A stretch of DNA of 64,000 bases. Source: Antechinus flavipes (lineage: Eukaryota). Position numbers and translations under genes: made by a program. Of the stretch, positions 30,878-43,700 are shown in pieces. The notes under the pieces are model-generated. The model was not told the DNA's origin. It saw only the letters and a list, made by a program, of their open reading frames with translations, and ran no database searches. The stretch lies in contig NC_067400.1 of NCBI RefSeq assembly GCF_016432865.1, positions 612,436,001-612,500,000 of the forward strand. The letters run 5' to 3'. Within the stretch, counting starts at the first letter, position 1. Each line of letters starts with the position of its first letter.

Positions 30878-33016
30878 GAGAACAGACACGCCCTGGGCAA
30901 ATCCAGGCAGGTAGGGAACAGGTCTGACTCCCTGGGGCTCTAGCAGGGCTCCCCCCGCCCCAACCCTTGCTCTTAAAGGGGCAGTTCAGGCTTCTCTTAT
31001 CAGAAGGTCCCATTTGCCTAAACCCCCACAGAATCGGAGGATTAGTTAATCTGCACAGATAAGGAGAGGAACAAGGCTCTCAGGAAAACTGGAGATCCTA
31101 TCTGAGGACTTTAACCTCCTCCACCTAAAGCCCAGCCTAAGTGGGACCAACAATAGAGAGGCCTCTTAGAGAGACCCCTGACCAAGAACTTGGTAGCTGC
31201 TTTGAAGGTATTGCTAGGATCACTGGGTCATGAGGGAGGGCCTTGAGATATTTGTGGAGAAAATAGAAAACGAGAGCCCGGAGACCCCTTCCGGCCCCTT
31301 GGGACCCGAGGCTGCAACCGCACCCAACCAGAGGCCGAGGCCAAAGTACTCTCTCCCATCCACCCCTTTCCCAGTTAATATCTTCAATTGTTGATCCCTT
31401 CCAGGGGCATCGAGGAGAGTGAAAACCTCACCCCAAGAGAGAATGCCTGGGGCTTGGGAGTGGCCCCGGGTGGATTTGAAGGGCCATAGCTACAAGTGAT
31501 ATGAGGAAGTGGAGTACACATAGTAAGGGTATAATTAATGCTTCGTGACGGACTGGCCATCCACTGAGTGTGGACTCAAGTGCGATTCTTTCTCATCCCT
31601 CCTCCCCGCCTCTAACATTTACTCCCCCTCCTCCCCACATTCCTCCAGACAGGGGTCCATATGGAACCCAAGATGGCCCTGGCCTTTCCAGTTGGGGGCA
31701 ACCCCCCCCCCAAGCTGCTCCTTCCCCACAGAGAGAGCTTTGTTTGGGGGCTGGACTGGAAACAAGGGGCTATTGAGTAGCTGGCAAAGGATTGGGGTCA
31801 TAGGGAGGGGGCAGGGGCTGGCAAAGGAGATGCTTCTGTTCCCGCTCTGGTCACCATCTGGAGCTTGGGTGCCCCCGCTCTGCCTCCTGGGGCGGGGCCA
31901 AGGGGACCACGGGCAGAGAGAGCCAAGCAGAGGGTTAGGTGTGAGGGCGAGGGGCTGGTGGCCAGAGAGAAGGCTTGCCACCTCTTAGAAGGTTGACATG
32001 GGAATGGAGAGAGCTGGGGGAGGGGATCGCTCCGGAGTGGAGTGGAGTAGAGGAGGATGAATGCTTAGGAAAAATGGCTCAGGGTTGCTGTTACTTCTCA
32101 GCAGAGGGGAGGGGAAAGAGAGAAAGAGAGGGAAACTCCCCAGAGCCATCTGCTGTCTAGATGTGGTTCCTCCAAGGCATTTCTCAATTCCTCTGAGTCA
32201 GATCCAGCTGGCCAGGGCCTTGAGCCCCACCTGGCCCCCCACAGCCTGGGAATTCAGCGCCCCCCCACCCAACTTCTGGAGTCTGAATGGCTCTAGGATC
32301 CCAAGCCCCTGGAGAAGGGTGAAGGCTAACAGCCTTGACCTGGAGACAGATGGGGGCTTAGGGGTGGGGGGTGGGCTGCTGCTTGTAGAAGATTCCCTGG
32401 GAAAAGGCTCAGAGATGTCAGTCCTAACATGACAGCTTTTCTTTATCTGGGACACGAAGGTCCCAGTCCCCTGGAAAATCCCCTGGCCAGCTTCTTTTCC
32501 TACAAGAGGACCCCAAGAAGGCTTGGCCATGGCACAGCATTGCCCTCTGCTGGGGAAACCCCAAAGATGAGCTGGATACTGTGGTAGGCCCAGGCCAGAC
32601 CATTCCAACGCTGCACATTCATGTATGGGCCGAGAATCACGTGCAAGGACATTAGCACGCTGCCCTTGTCCCCAAGCCCCTGCCCCAGGGGCCCGTGCCC
32701 TCGGCTCCCCTGTGTCTCAGGCTCCCTGCACCGTGCCCCCGCAAGGTGGGCTCCACCTTCGCCCCTCACACTGCGGCCTCTACAACTCTTGGCCCACAAG
32801 GTGCTCCCCATGTTCCCTTCTTCTGACCCCCATCACAGGAATATAATAAAGCCTGGACAATGTCCACCTGCCCCCGCTTCTTTCGGATCTAGCTCAACTT
32901 TCCTAGTCCCTGGGGCCTGGAACTACAAAACGTCAGTCCTTGAATCAACAGGTCTTTAAGGAATCCTTGTGGCCACTGCCCTTGAAATCCACGGCGATGT
33001 CATCATTGCATGCGTT

Positions 33017-33022
33017 TTTATT
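33017..33022 (-). terminator. Candidate polyadenylation signal of the tectorin-like gene
   Basis: The only tttatt (minus-strand AATAAA) I noticed between exon 21 and the FXYD3 promoter. Confidence 0.4.
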
Positions 33023-34549
33023 TCCCCAAATGGGCAACAAATTCCCCCTGAGCAGGGACCGGGCCAGATCCTGGCGTTGCCTCCCCTACAACACACGGTC
33101 AGACACAGGACTCGGGGGTGGGGGGAAAGGGGGAGCAGCTACTAAGCAGATGAATGAATCTAACAACTTGTGGGGAAGAACAGGAGAGAAACCCCAAAGG
33201 AAGTGCTGTATAGATGACTGAGGCCCTTGGATTCCTGTCTCTCCCTCCCTCCCACCTCCCCACCTTGAAAAAAGTGCTGAGTCCCAGCAGCTTGGTCTGG
33301 GTTTGGAGCGGAGGGGGGAGGACGGGAGCCAAGGACATGCTCGGCTTGGGAGAGCCCGATGTTGTTTCCCACCCCTACCTCCACCCCCAAGACGTGGGAA
33401 GCTAAAAGCACGCTGTGCTCCACAGCTCCTCCTCAGTCCCCGAGCCAGATGTCTGGCTCAGGAAGATGCTTGTGGTCGCGCTTTCATAATGACTGGGCCC
33501 GATCGAGGGAGAGGTTTGCGGCTGGTTGAATGCCGCCGCCGCCTCCCCGTTTCCTGAGCTCGAGCCGGACCGGTTCGGATCTAGCCGGTATGGTTCCTCT
33601 GGAGACAAACGCGGCTACTCCGTGGTCTCCACAGCAGCTGTGACGCCTTCTCAGGGCTCAGCTCCTGGAGGAGGAGAGGAAGCTGGGGAGTCCAGGGGAG
33701 AAGGAGCAAACAGGGGAGAAAGGCCTGAGCCAAGCTCTGGGCCACTCACACGCCCATCACTCTGGGCACTTTCATCCAGCAGATGAGGAAACCACCTGCC
33801 CTGCCTGCCTGTGTAATTGAAGGTCATCAGGAATAATTCATGTGAGAATCCGCTGGGTTTTCTCCTCTACTGACTGATGGTTCCCTCTAAGCAAGAAGGC
33901 ACTGGCCAGTCGGTGGGTGGGGCTGAGAGGGCAGGAGAAAAGCTCGTCTGCCACGTGCTCTGATGGCATCAGGAGATAAGGAAAGAGCCAGGCTCTGGGG
34001 GGCAGGGGCATGGTACAGCTCAGGACACCATTCGGTGCATAATAAAGACTATGAGGATACAAGAGCTGGATATTTGAATTCTGGGATGGATGGAAAGAAG
34101 GATGGATGGATGGAGGAAAGAATGANNNNNNNNNNNNNNNNNNNNNNNNNNNNNNNNNNNNNNNNNNNNNNNNNNNNNNNNNNNNNNNNNNNNNNNNNNN
34201 NNNNNNNNNNNNNNNNNNNNNNNNNNNNNNNNNNNNNNNNNNNNNNNNNNNNNNNNNNNNNNNNNNNNNNNNNNNNNNNNNTGGAGTCAGGGGAGCAATG
34301 TGGCAGAGTGTACATTAGCGGACCCCCATTGGAATTCCAGCTCTGTCATTTAATCACCTTTGCAATCTGAGATGAATCGCTTCACTCTTGCTCTCAGTCT
34401 TCCTTTCTCTAAAATAGGAATGGAAGCAGACCCCTGTGCTCCTTTCTAGTTCTAGCATCAGTAGTCCCAGGGGATGAGGAAACCCAGTGTGGAAGCACTG
34501 AGCTGTCTCTTTCCCCAAGACTATAGGGGATAGTCAGGGGGAAACTCAC

Positions 34550-34743
34550 TAGGCAATGCCGACCTTGGTGGCCACAGCCAGGTTCCGGGGCTGGGACGCA
34601 GCCGGGTCCCCGGGGCAAGGATCCGTCGTCACAGACGCAGCCCTCCGCACACAGGAGCCCGCACTGCAGCTCCGAGCCGGGACAGGAGCGCCGGCGAGGG
34701 CAGGCACAGAGCTCGTAGTGGCTGTGGGGGGGACATCGGGGGG
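34550..34743 (-). CDS. Tectorin-like exon 21 (degenerate TIL; paralog of exon 13)
   Basis: 194 nt, APRCPPHSHYELC..CAEGCVCD..GCGHQGRHCL|gtgagt. Confidence 0.85.
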
Positions 34744-37700
34744 CTGCGGAGGGAGGAGAGCGAGGAGCTGCAGAGGGTCCTGGAGCGCCTGGGGTCCGAG
34801 GTAAGGAGCCAGAGCACGTTCTCCCCCGGCTCTCAAGCCCCTCTAAGCCTTTTTGTCACTCTCCTCTTCCTGGAAAACCCCCCAGACCCCCTTAAACTCT
34901 ATCCTGTGTCCCTTCAGAATATCTCTCTTCCGAGTACCGAGGCATTTCACAAGGGATCCGGAGTGAGCTGCGGATTATTTGGGTCTTTCCTCAGCTCAGG
35001 CCCACACGTCTGCACACAGAGGATGCTCCATTAAATAAAGTGAAATGACATGTTAGAAGAGACCCAGAGGGGACAGCTAGGGGGCGCAGGAGCGAGAGCA
35101 CCAGGAAGCCAGGAGGACCCGAGTTCTAATCCGGTCTCAGACACTTCACACTTCCTGGCTGTGTGACCCTGGGCAAGTCACTTAACCCCAATTGCCTCAA
35201 GGGAAAAAAAGAGAGAGACACAGAGAGAGACAGAAGTTGCTCCACTAAATAGAAGTGGAAAAGACACTGAGAGGCAGTCAGAAGAGAGACTTTCTAGCTG
35301 TGTGACTGGGAAAATCATGTCAACTTTCAGTGTACTATCTTCCTTGGTAAAGAAGGGAACGATTCCTTCCTGAAAGGGGGCTGAATGATGAGAATACGGT
35401 GTTTTGTGAGTCCCACAGCATGACCTGAACTTCAGCCCTGGTTACTATCATTTTGACTGACGGGAGGACACAGTCTGGGGGGTGGCCATCGTCCCTCTGC
35501 TTGCTGGTTGTTGGGCTCGGGAATCCCGCACCCCAAGGGCACACTGCGGCAGGAGCGGGACTTGCCCACTTACCACAGAGGGAGGGGCTCCTCCAGTCGC
35601 CGACGGTGACATTGGCTCGCTGACAGGCAGCAGCATAAGTCTGGATGGCCCGGCACAAACCGTGGCTGTCGCCCGGAGACAGGCACACCTCATGGGCGCA
35701 GGCAGAGGCGAAGGGCTTTGGGTCCATCTCCACGTGACAGGAGGAAAAGGGCCCCCGGGGGTTCTGGAGGATCCAGCACCGGCTCTTGGCTGGCACGAGC
35801 TGTTCCTGCGCCACACACACTGGACAGCCGTGGGTACAGTTGCTTTTACACTGATCATCATCCGGCTTCCGTTCAGAGGCAGAGGAAGCCCCTGGGTCCT
35901 CTGCTGGAGAGGCACCCCCAGACCTCCCATTGAAGCTCCCACAGAGCCCGCAGGTCCGGCCCGCGTAACTCGGGGGCAGGGTCAGGAAGAGGCTGTGGGC
36001 CAAGTCGGAGGCGAAAATCAGCCCAAAGTGGGTCTGCAGCGTCAGGTGGAAGCCATCCTGGTACAGGAGGATGTCGCCCATGTTGAGGCTCAGCGGAAGC
36101 GTGAACGGAGCCCCATTGACCTGAGGGAATGAAACAGGGGCAACTTGGGAACTCCATTCTCTTTCCCTGCCTGCCCTGAGCCTTCCTAGGAAGGAAAGGA
36201 CAATTGGGGAGCTGGGCGCTGAGGGGTGAAAAGGAACAGGTTTCCAAGGGCCTCTAGTCACCCAAGAGACTGATGGTTAGGGGGAGAGGGGCAAGAATAA
36301 TGAAATGAGCAGCAGAGAGTTCACATAGATCTTAAACGTATACTACACACATGTATGTGTATATTCATATGTATATGTAGATACACATGTAAATATGTAT
36401 ACTATATATATTCCCACAAATATATATAACACATATACATACACACACATATAGATATATGCCCTCCCCCCCCATAAAACAGGTACAAGAGGCGAGTATG
36501 GCTCTGGGTTTCCCAAGCCCCTGCAACACGATCCCGGCGGCCATTCACCTCTCCAGACAAAAGAAAGGCGTAAATCCCACCTCAGATGGGCTCCGTACTC
36601 ATGTTCAGACTACGGACCCCGGTTTGGAGTGTCTGCCTGATGGGGAGGTCCAAGCAGCATTCTGCTTTTGCCCATTGGTGGATCTTGATCTGGGGCATTT
36701 GGAGAGAGGTTTCTTGTCGAGATGAACTTACCTGGACCAGCCTGGAGTTTCTTTCTGAAGATGGATCTGGGTCCCATTGACCAAGATAACTATCTCTGAG
36801 ATGGCAGCTACGGGGGCGCTCGGAGAGTTCTCCTTTCTGACTTCCACTCTGAAGAAGGGCAGGGACCCCAAGGAAACACACAGCTCAGACAAGATGAATT
36901 TGCAGGTGCCGGGGAAGTCAAAGGTCTTCTGATCGAAGGTCATGTACCGGAGCGGCCCCAGTGCCTGGCAGGTGCCAGGGGCAAGCGGGCGGCATCCAGA
37001 GATGCCCTTCAGGGTGCCACACCTCTCCCCGGGGCCACAAGAGGAGTCGGAGCAGTGCACCTGGTGGCTGGAGGCCTCACAGCGGCAGAAACGCCGGCAG
37101 CCCTCCCCTTCCCAGAAGGTCTCCCCGGCCAGGTAGTATCTGCCCTGCGAGGTGCAGCCGCACTGAGCTGGGGGCACACAGTCAGCGCCGCTCAGCACGA
37201 AGCCCTCATCGCACTGGCAGCCCTCCTGGCACGGGGTGCGGCAGCTGGCAGTCAGGTTGGGCTCAGCACAGGAGTTGGGGCAAGAGGATCCACAGAGTTC
37301 ATAGTGACTGTGGATGGGACAGGCCGTCTCTGAAAGAAGGAAGGAAATAAAGCAGGACTTGGTAGAAGCTGCTTTTCTGGCTCAGGAAGGAGGTAGAGAA
37401 AGCAGCCTCAGGGAAGACGCAGGGGGAGGACACGGACTTGTCAGGAGTTTAGAACGACCTGAAATTGAGGCTAAAGGTGGAGGGAGTCCTGTGTGGCCCC
37501 ACAGTAGGCGGAAGGCTGGTTTTTCTGGACGCAGGAAAATGTCGCTTGCTGTGTGAAGATTTGTGTGAATCCTTCTCACCCCCGGACTCACCCCCTCATT
37601 TGTGGAGACCCTCTGAGTATAAAAGCCCTGGAGAAGAAGCAGACCAAGCTATTCTTGGTTCGATGGGGAGAGTCTCCCCCCAGGGAAGAGCCAAGACCTC

Positions 37701-40700
37701 TGGTCTCGGGGTATCCCTCAGTCTGATGAGAGAAATATGATCCCTCCCTCCTGGGAGCCTTGAGTACAATGGGATTTGGGAGGCTTTGTAGAGGTGATTT
37801 TGAGCTGGCTAAAGAACCAGGGATCTCGCCTGGGAATGGCCACTTACCACACCCCACCTCCTGTCTCCAGGGCCGGATGGAGAATCCCCGCCGCTGGCAC
37901 TGGAGAGCGTAGCTTCGGAGAACCTCACAGAGTATCTCCTGGGAACCGTCGCTGGCGCAAACATCACGGATGCAGTTGTCCGTGTGGATGCGGGCTTCGG
38001 TCAGCTCATGGCAAGCAGAGAATGGCCCGTCTGGGTCTTTAAGCAGGCCACAGGAAGCCCGGGACTGGTACTGGGCTTCCTTCTCCGGTGGGCACCTTGG
38101 AGCCAACCCCCCTCCAGAGCAGTGAGTAGGAAGTCCTGGCTCCCTCCAGCTACTGGCAAACATATCGGCATCAGGGATCAGTGCACCACCGGGGCTCCTG
38201 AAGTCATCCTTAGGATTCCCATTGAAATCTCCACCCAGACCACACAGGGAACCTGCATAAGCCTCAGGGACTAATACCCACAGGGAACGGGACTCATCAA
38301 AGGACACAGAAAGACCAAAATGGAACTGGAGCACAACTGCAGAGGGACTGGAAAAGGCGTGGAATCTGCCACCAGCCCACCCCAGGGGCAGATTCATCCG
38401 GGATCCATTCACCTGGAAGGAAGACATGGGCGAGAATCACAGACCCACTTCAGGCTCCGCTTCCTCGTCACGGGAATCCTCCTGCTACGAATCCTAATTA
38501 TCCTCCTTCCTTCTGCTCTGAAGCTGCCAGCAATGGGGCCATAAAGGGACCCCAGGAAAGGGGACTCGCCTCAAGACAGAGCCAGTCTCTGGGAGAGCTC
38601 CCACCTTCCCTTCAGGGCCTGCCTCTGCCTGTCTGTATGTCCTTCTTTCCTACTTTCCCTTGTCCTGCTCCCAAGAGCAGTATCTCCAAGACTGTGCTTC
38701 CCCCAAGGAAGAGCCTCAGGATATTCCCTTGGTCTGCCGAGAGGAATATGATTCCTCCCTCCAGGGAGCGTTGGATACGATGGATTTTAGGAAGGTAATA
38801 TCAATATCTCCTTTCGTTGAGGGCAATGATATCTATAAGGAAGGGGCAGCGAAGTGGTCCAGGGCATACAGTGCTGAATTTGGAATCAGGAAGACTCATC
38901 TTCCTGAGACACTGTGTGATTCTGGGCAAGTCGATTCACCCTGTTTGCCTCAGTTTCCTCTTCTGTAAAATGAGCTGGAGAAGGAAATGACTAACCATTC
39001 CAGAATTTTTGCCAAGGAAACTCCAAATGGGATGGAAAGACCTGGATACTAGTTTCGGTTCATGTGACCCTAGCCAGGGAATTTTGCCTCTCTGAGCTTT
39101 AGTTTGCTCATCTATAGAATGGACCATCTGTCCCTCCAGCTCTCCAGTTTTGGAGAAAGTGCTCTGTAAACACTAATACACTAACTAGTTGGTTGTTGAT
39201 AATATTATACAGTAAGCTGCATGTGTGAATTGACTGTTCATGGCTGTTGAGTGCCCCTTCACAGTCACCCAGCTGTTCTCCTTCCCTGTTCCTAATTCCT
39301 GGAGCTGATATTAGAAGTCCAAAGCTGTGGAGTTGGGACAATCTGAGTTCAAATTTAACCTCAGACACTTACTAGCTATGTGACCACAATTTGGGGTGGG
39401 GGGAGAGAAGGGGGGAGGGAGAGAAGGAAGAAGGAAGGAAGAGAGAGAAAGAAAGAAAAAGGAAAGAAGAAGGAAGGAAGGAAGAAGAGAAGGAAAGAGG
39501 GAGGGTGGGAAGAAGGGAGGAATGAAGGATGAAATTATGAAAGGAAGAAAGNNNNNNNNNNNNNNNNNNNNNNNNNNNNNNNNNNNNNNNNNNNNNNNNN
39601 NNNNNNNNNNNNNNNNNNNNNNNNNNNNNNNNNNNNNNNNNNNNNNNNNNNNNNNNNNNNNNNNNNNNNNNNNNNNNNNNNNNNNNNNNNNNNNNNNNNN
39701 NCAAAGGGAGGGAAGGAAAGGAAGGAAGGAAGAAAGGAAGGAAGGAAGGGAGAGAAAGAAAGAAAGAAAGAAAGAAAGAGAAAGAGAGAGGGAGGGTAGG
39801 AAGAAGGGAGGAATGAAGGATGAAATNNNNNNNNNNNNNNNNNNNNNNNNNNNNNNNNNNNNNNNNNNNNNNNNNNNNNNNNNNNNNNNNNNNNNNNNNN
39901 NNNNNNNNNNNNNNNNNNNNNNNNNNNNNNNNNNNNNNNNNNNNNNNNNNNNNNNNNNNNNNNNNNNNNNNNNNNNNNNNNNNNNNNNNNNNNNNNNNNN
40001 NNNNNNNNNNNNNNNNNNNNNNNNNNNNNNNNNNNNNNNNNNNNNNNNNNNNNNNNNNNNNNNNNNNNNNNNNNNNNNNNNNNNNNNNNNNNNNNNNNNN
40101 NNNNNNNNNNNNNNNNNNNNNNNNNNNNNNNNNNNNNNNNNNNNNNNNNNNNNNNNNNNNNNNNNNNNNNNNNNNNNNNNNNNNNNNNNNNNNNNNNNNN
40201 NNNNNNNNNNNNTGAAGACTTGGGGGAAGCTCTTACCTGGATTGTCTTGTGCTGTCCAGCCAGAAGGGAGAACCTCTGCCCACCTAGATCCACATCCACC
40301 TGCTTGGCCCAGGAAGTCACCATGGAGTGCTGGTGCTCAGCCTTTAGCCAGATGGCAAAGGGGGTGAGATGGGTATCACAAGTTTGCACCAGGGCAACAC
40401 GGCAGGTTCCCCCGAAGCTGAAAGTAGCCCCATCAAAGGTCTGGAGGTGGGGGTCTCCATACAGCCACATAGTCCCATATTTGATAGGGTAGCAACCCCT
40501 CACCCCTCTGCGCAGACGGCACACTTCCCTGGGCCCACAGGTATGGGGACGGCACTCCATGGCCTGGCCCGGCCCCTGACATGTGCACTTCTGGCTGCAC
40601 GTGTCTGTGAGCAGCACCTCAGCCCCCAAGGGGTGGTATTGTCCGTTCAGGACACATCCACAACGATCCTGAGAGATGCAGATCCCATTCTCTAGGACAT

Positions 40701-43700
40701 ATCCTTCCTGGCAAAAACAGCCTGAGGTGCATGGCCGGGTGCAAGTGATGCTAGTATTGAGGGTGGCACAGGTGGCTTGGCAAGAGGTACCACAGAAGTC
40801 GTAATAGCTGTTTGGTGGGCAAGTAACATCTAGTGGGAGAGGAGAAAGAGAAAGAAAAATTTGGGTGTGGGATAGAGCTTCCCATCCCCTCTTCCCTCCT
40901 GATTTTCCCACCCCTAGACGGAAGCAGGAGTCCCAAACTCATCCTGTAAACCAGCCAAAGTGCACGTGCTCAGAACAGAGATATAAGGGGAGGAGGAGGG
41001 AATTGGGATCAGGGAAAGGATGGGGGCTGGATGTGGAAGCTGGAGGTTAGTATGTTAGCAATAAGGTTGGGGCTGGGTTAGAGAGCGATATCATCTAAAG
41101 TTGGGGCAGCTAGGTGACACAATGAGTAAGAGCGCCAACTCAGGTGCCAAATCTGCCTCATACACTTCCAAGATTTTTGTGATCCTGGGGCAAATCACTT
41201 TACCCTGCCTGCCTCAGTTTCCTCATCTGTAAAGTGAGCTGAAGAAGGAAATGGCAAATCTCTGCCAAGAAAACCCCAAACGGTCAGGAAGAGTCAGAAC
41301 TAATTGATTAAACAACAATCACATAATGTTAGAACCACAAGTGATCTTAAAGACCCTCTAACCCAATGTTCTCAGAGGTTAAGTGAGTTGGACTGGAAAA
41401 CAGGCTGAGGCTTAAAAGAGAAGAAAAAGGAATAAATCTTGAATTAGTGGATGAGGTTAGTTAGGATTAAAGTTAGGGGAGATGATGAGGCTGGGGGTAG
41501 AGAGTGGGGGAGTGATGCTTACTGCATCCGAGGCTTGTTCTCCAGTCAGGCAGTCTCACTTTATGCAGGGCACAGAGCTCGGCATAGGCCTCCAGAGCAG
41601 CACACAGCATTCGATTGGCCGTCCCATATTGACATAGATCATATACGCAGGACTGGAAATAGGGGTCGGGATTCTCATGCCAGTGACACTCAGCAAAGGG
41701 TCCCGAATGATTGGAAAGGACCGCACAGAGCTGGGCCACCCTGTGCCCTTCACCACAGGAGTCCCTTCCAACAAAATCTTTCCGGCAGCTGCAGATCGGG
41801 AGAGGGGTTGGTCTCAGCTCCAACGAAACCGCCCTTCCTCTGGTTCCTCCCCACAGTGCTCCTGACCCTCTGGCCCACCTTTGGAGTGCCCTTCTCTCCC
41901 TTCTCTGCATATTGCAGCATCGCCTTTTCCTCCCTCTTACCCGATTCAGCCACATTCCTTGTCCAACCTATGATACTTAAGGGTATGTGGTCCTAGAACG
42001 CTCGCTTTATGATTGGCCCACATGTGGCATCTGCAAGTACACTGAAAGTTCAAGGGCAGCTCTTATGCCCCTCTCACATTTCCCTCACCCTTTATCTAGC
42101 AAATAGTAAAAGCTTAATTTCTCTTGAATTTTGAGATGCTCTTGGCTGTACCAGTGAAGGTACACGGTTATCGGTCCGGCAAATATTTACTAAATGTCTA
42201 CCGTGACCACATCCTCTAGTCCCCAAAGTCTGTCCCCTTTCCCCTATACTTAGTCTGAGACCTTACAAGCAAGAAAAGTTCTGCCTTATAACGGTGTCCC
42301 TCAGGCTCTAGAGCCTCTGGATCTACCCCTCTGCCTGCAGAGGAAGCCCCGTGTGATGGTGACAGGTAATGTCCTCACCCGGGTGGACTGGCACTGGCCT
42401 GCCAGGCATTCCCAAAGGCAGCATCGCTGGGGGCTCGCCTCCCACCAGGGAGGATCTTGTCATCTTCCTTGTCTCCGTTGAAGTTGCCACACATACCGCA
42501 CAGACGGCCCCTGTATCCCGGGCCCACTCTCACAAACAGGGTGCTTCGTCCATTGTACTGGACTTCTAGCTCCTCTCCTACCCGCAGCAGCAGCAGACCC
42601 CGCTCCCGCCGCACTCTGGCCTGGGGCCCCAGCTGTCGCGGCAGGGTGACTTTGTGCCCATCCACCTGATGAGGGAGGAACAGACCTGCTCTAAGGATGG
42701 TGCTCTTTTGGCTTCAACACTTTCAAACAGGATTCCTTATCCAATGCTGACAATGAAAAGGCACTTTCCACACTGAGAACGAAGTATCAGAGTCCTTCTG
42801 TATCTGACTAAATCCCATCTGTGCCAACTTTTAAACATCTCAGTCTCCCTATTCTCCACTAGAGAAAGAAGGCTCCATCATCCTTTTTCTGTAAGTCAGG
42901 TCATCTCAATTTCTTTGATTCACCTCATAGTTTTCCACAGGCCCCTAACATATTCTTTTTTTATTTTATTTTTTAGTTTCATCCGCAATCATCATTTTAT
43001 TGTACGGTCATGGAAATGTTTGTTTTATTCCATAAATTAAAAAGAAAATAAAAAGAAACTGAAAAAAAAGTCTATGAAGATGATCATTAATTGGGGAATG
43101 GCTGAACAAATTATAACATATGAATTAAGCAGACTACAACAAAATCAATTATTTGATTATATTATTAAATTATATTATTATTTAGGTGCCACTAACATAT
43201 TCTTGTTAGCTAAAAACAATATTATAAATTATATAATCATGATATAATATACAAATTATATTATAAATTTTATCATTATAATATAAAATATAAATTACAT
43301 TATAAATTATATGATTATAATATATCAATAAATTTATAAATCAGATAATTATGATATATAATATAAATTATAATATTATAACTATAAATATTATAATAAT
43401 ATTAAAAGCTAACATTTATAATACATTATCTCTGGCATATTTTCACTTTCAACAGACTGTTTCTTATCCCCCAACCCCCACCAGTACATATCTGGGTCAC
43501 CTTCTTTAACCACCAATCTGTGAATTTATAAGGTGCAGGATTATTTTAAAGGTGGCAGTCTTCCTCAAAGTAATAAGAAAAGTAAATATGACCCCAGAAA
43601 TCCTACAAAACAGTCTAAAGCCAGATAGAAATGACTTCTGGATTAGCTGTGAACTTGCCTTTCTTACTCATGAAGACTTAAGTTTCCAATTGAATTTTTG

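Noticed and set aside
31000-33400. Search for HPN 3' exons, FXYD5, or ZP/TM exons
   Set aside because: No serine-protease, FXYD or ZP motifs and no convincing hydrophobic exon found by eye.
33526-33786. Plus-strand 86-aa ORF (MNAAAASPFPELEPD...)
   Set aside because: No recognisable homology or splice context; overlaps the CpG-rich candidate 3' exons of the minus-strand gene.
39552-40212. Possible exons hidden in N-runs inside genes
   Set aside because: Flanking exons join in phase and domains are complete without extra sequence; only the gap at 34126-34281 cannot be fully excluded.
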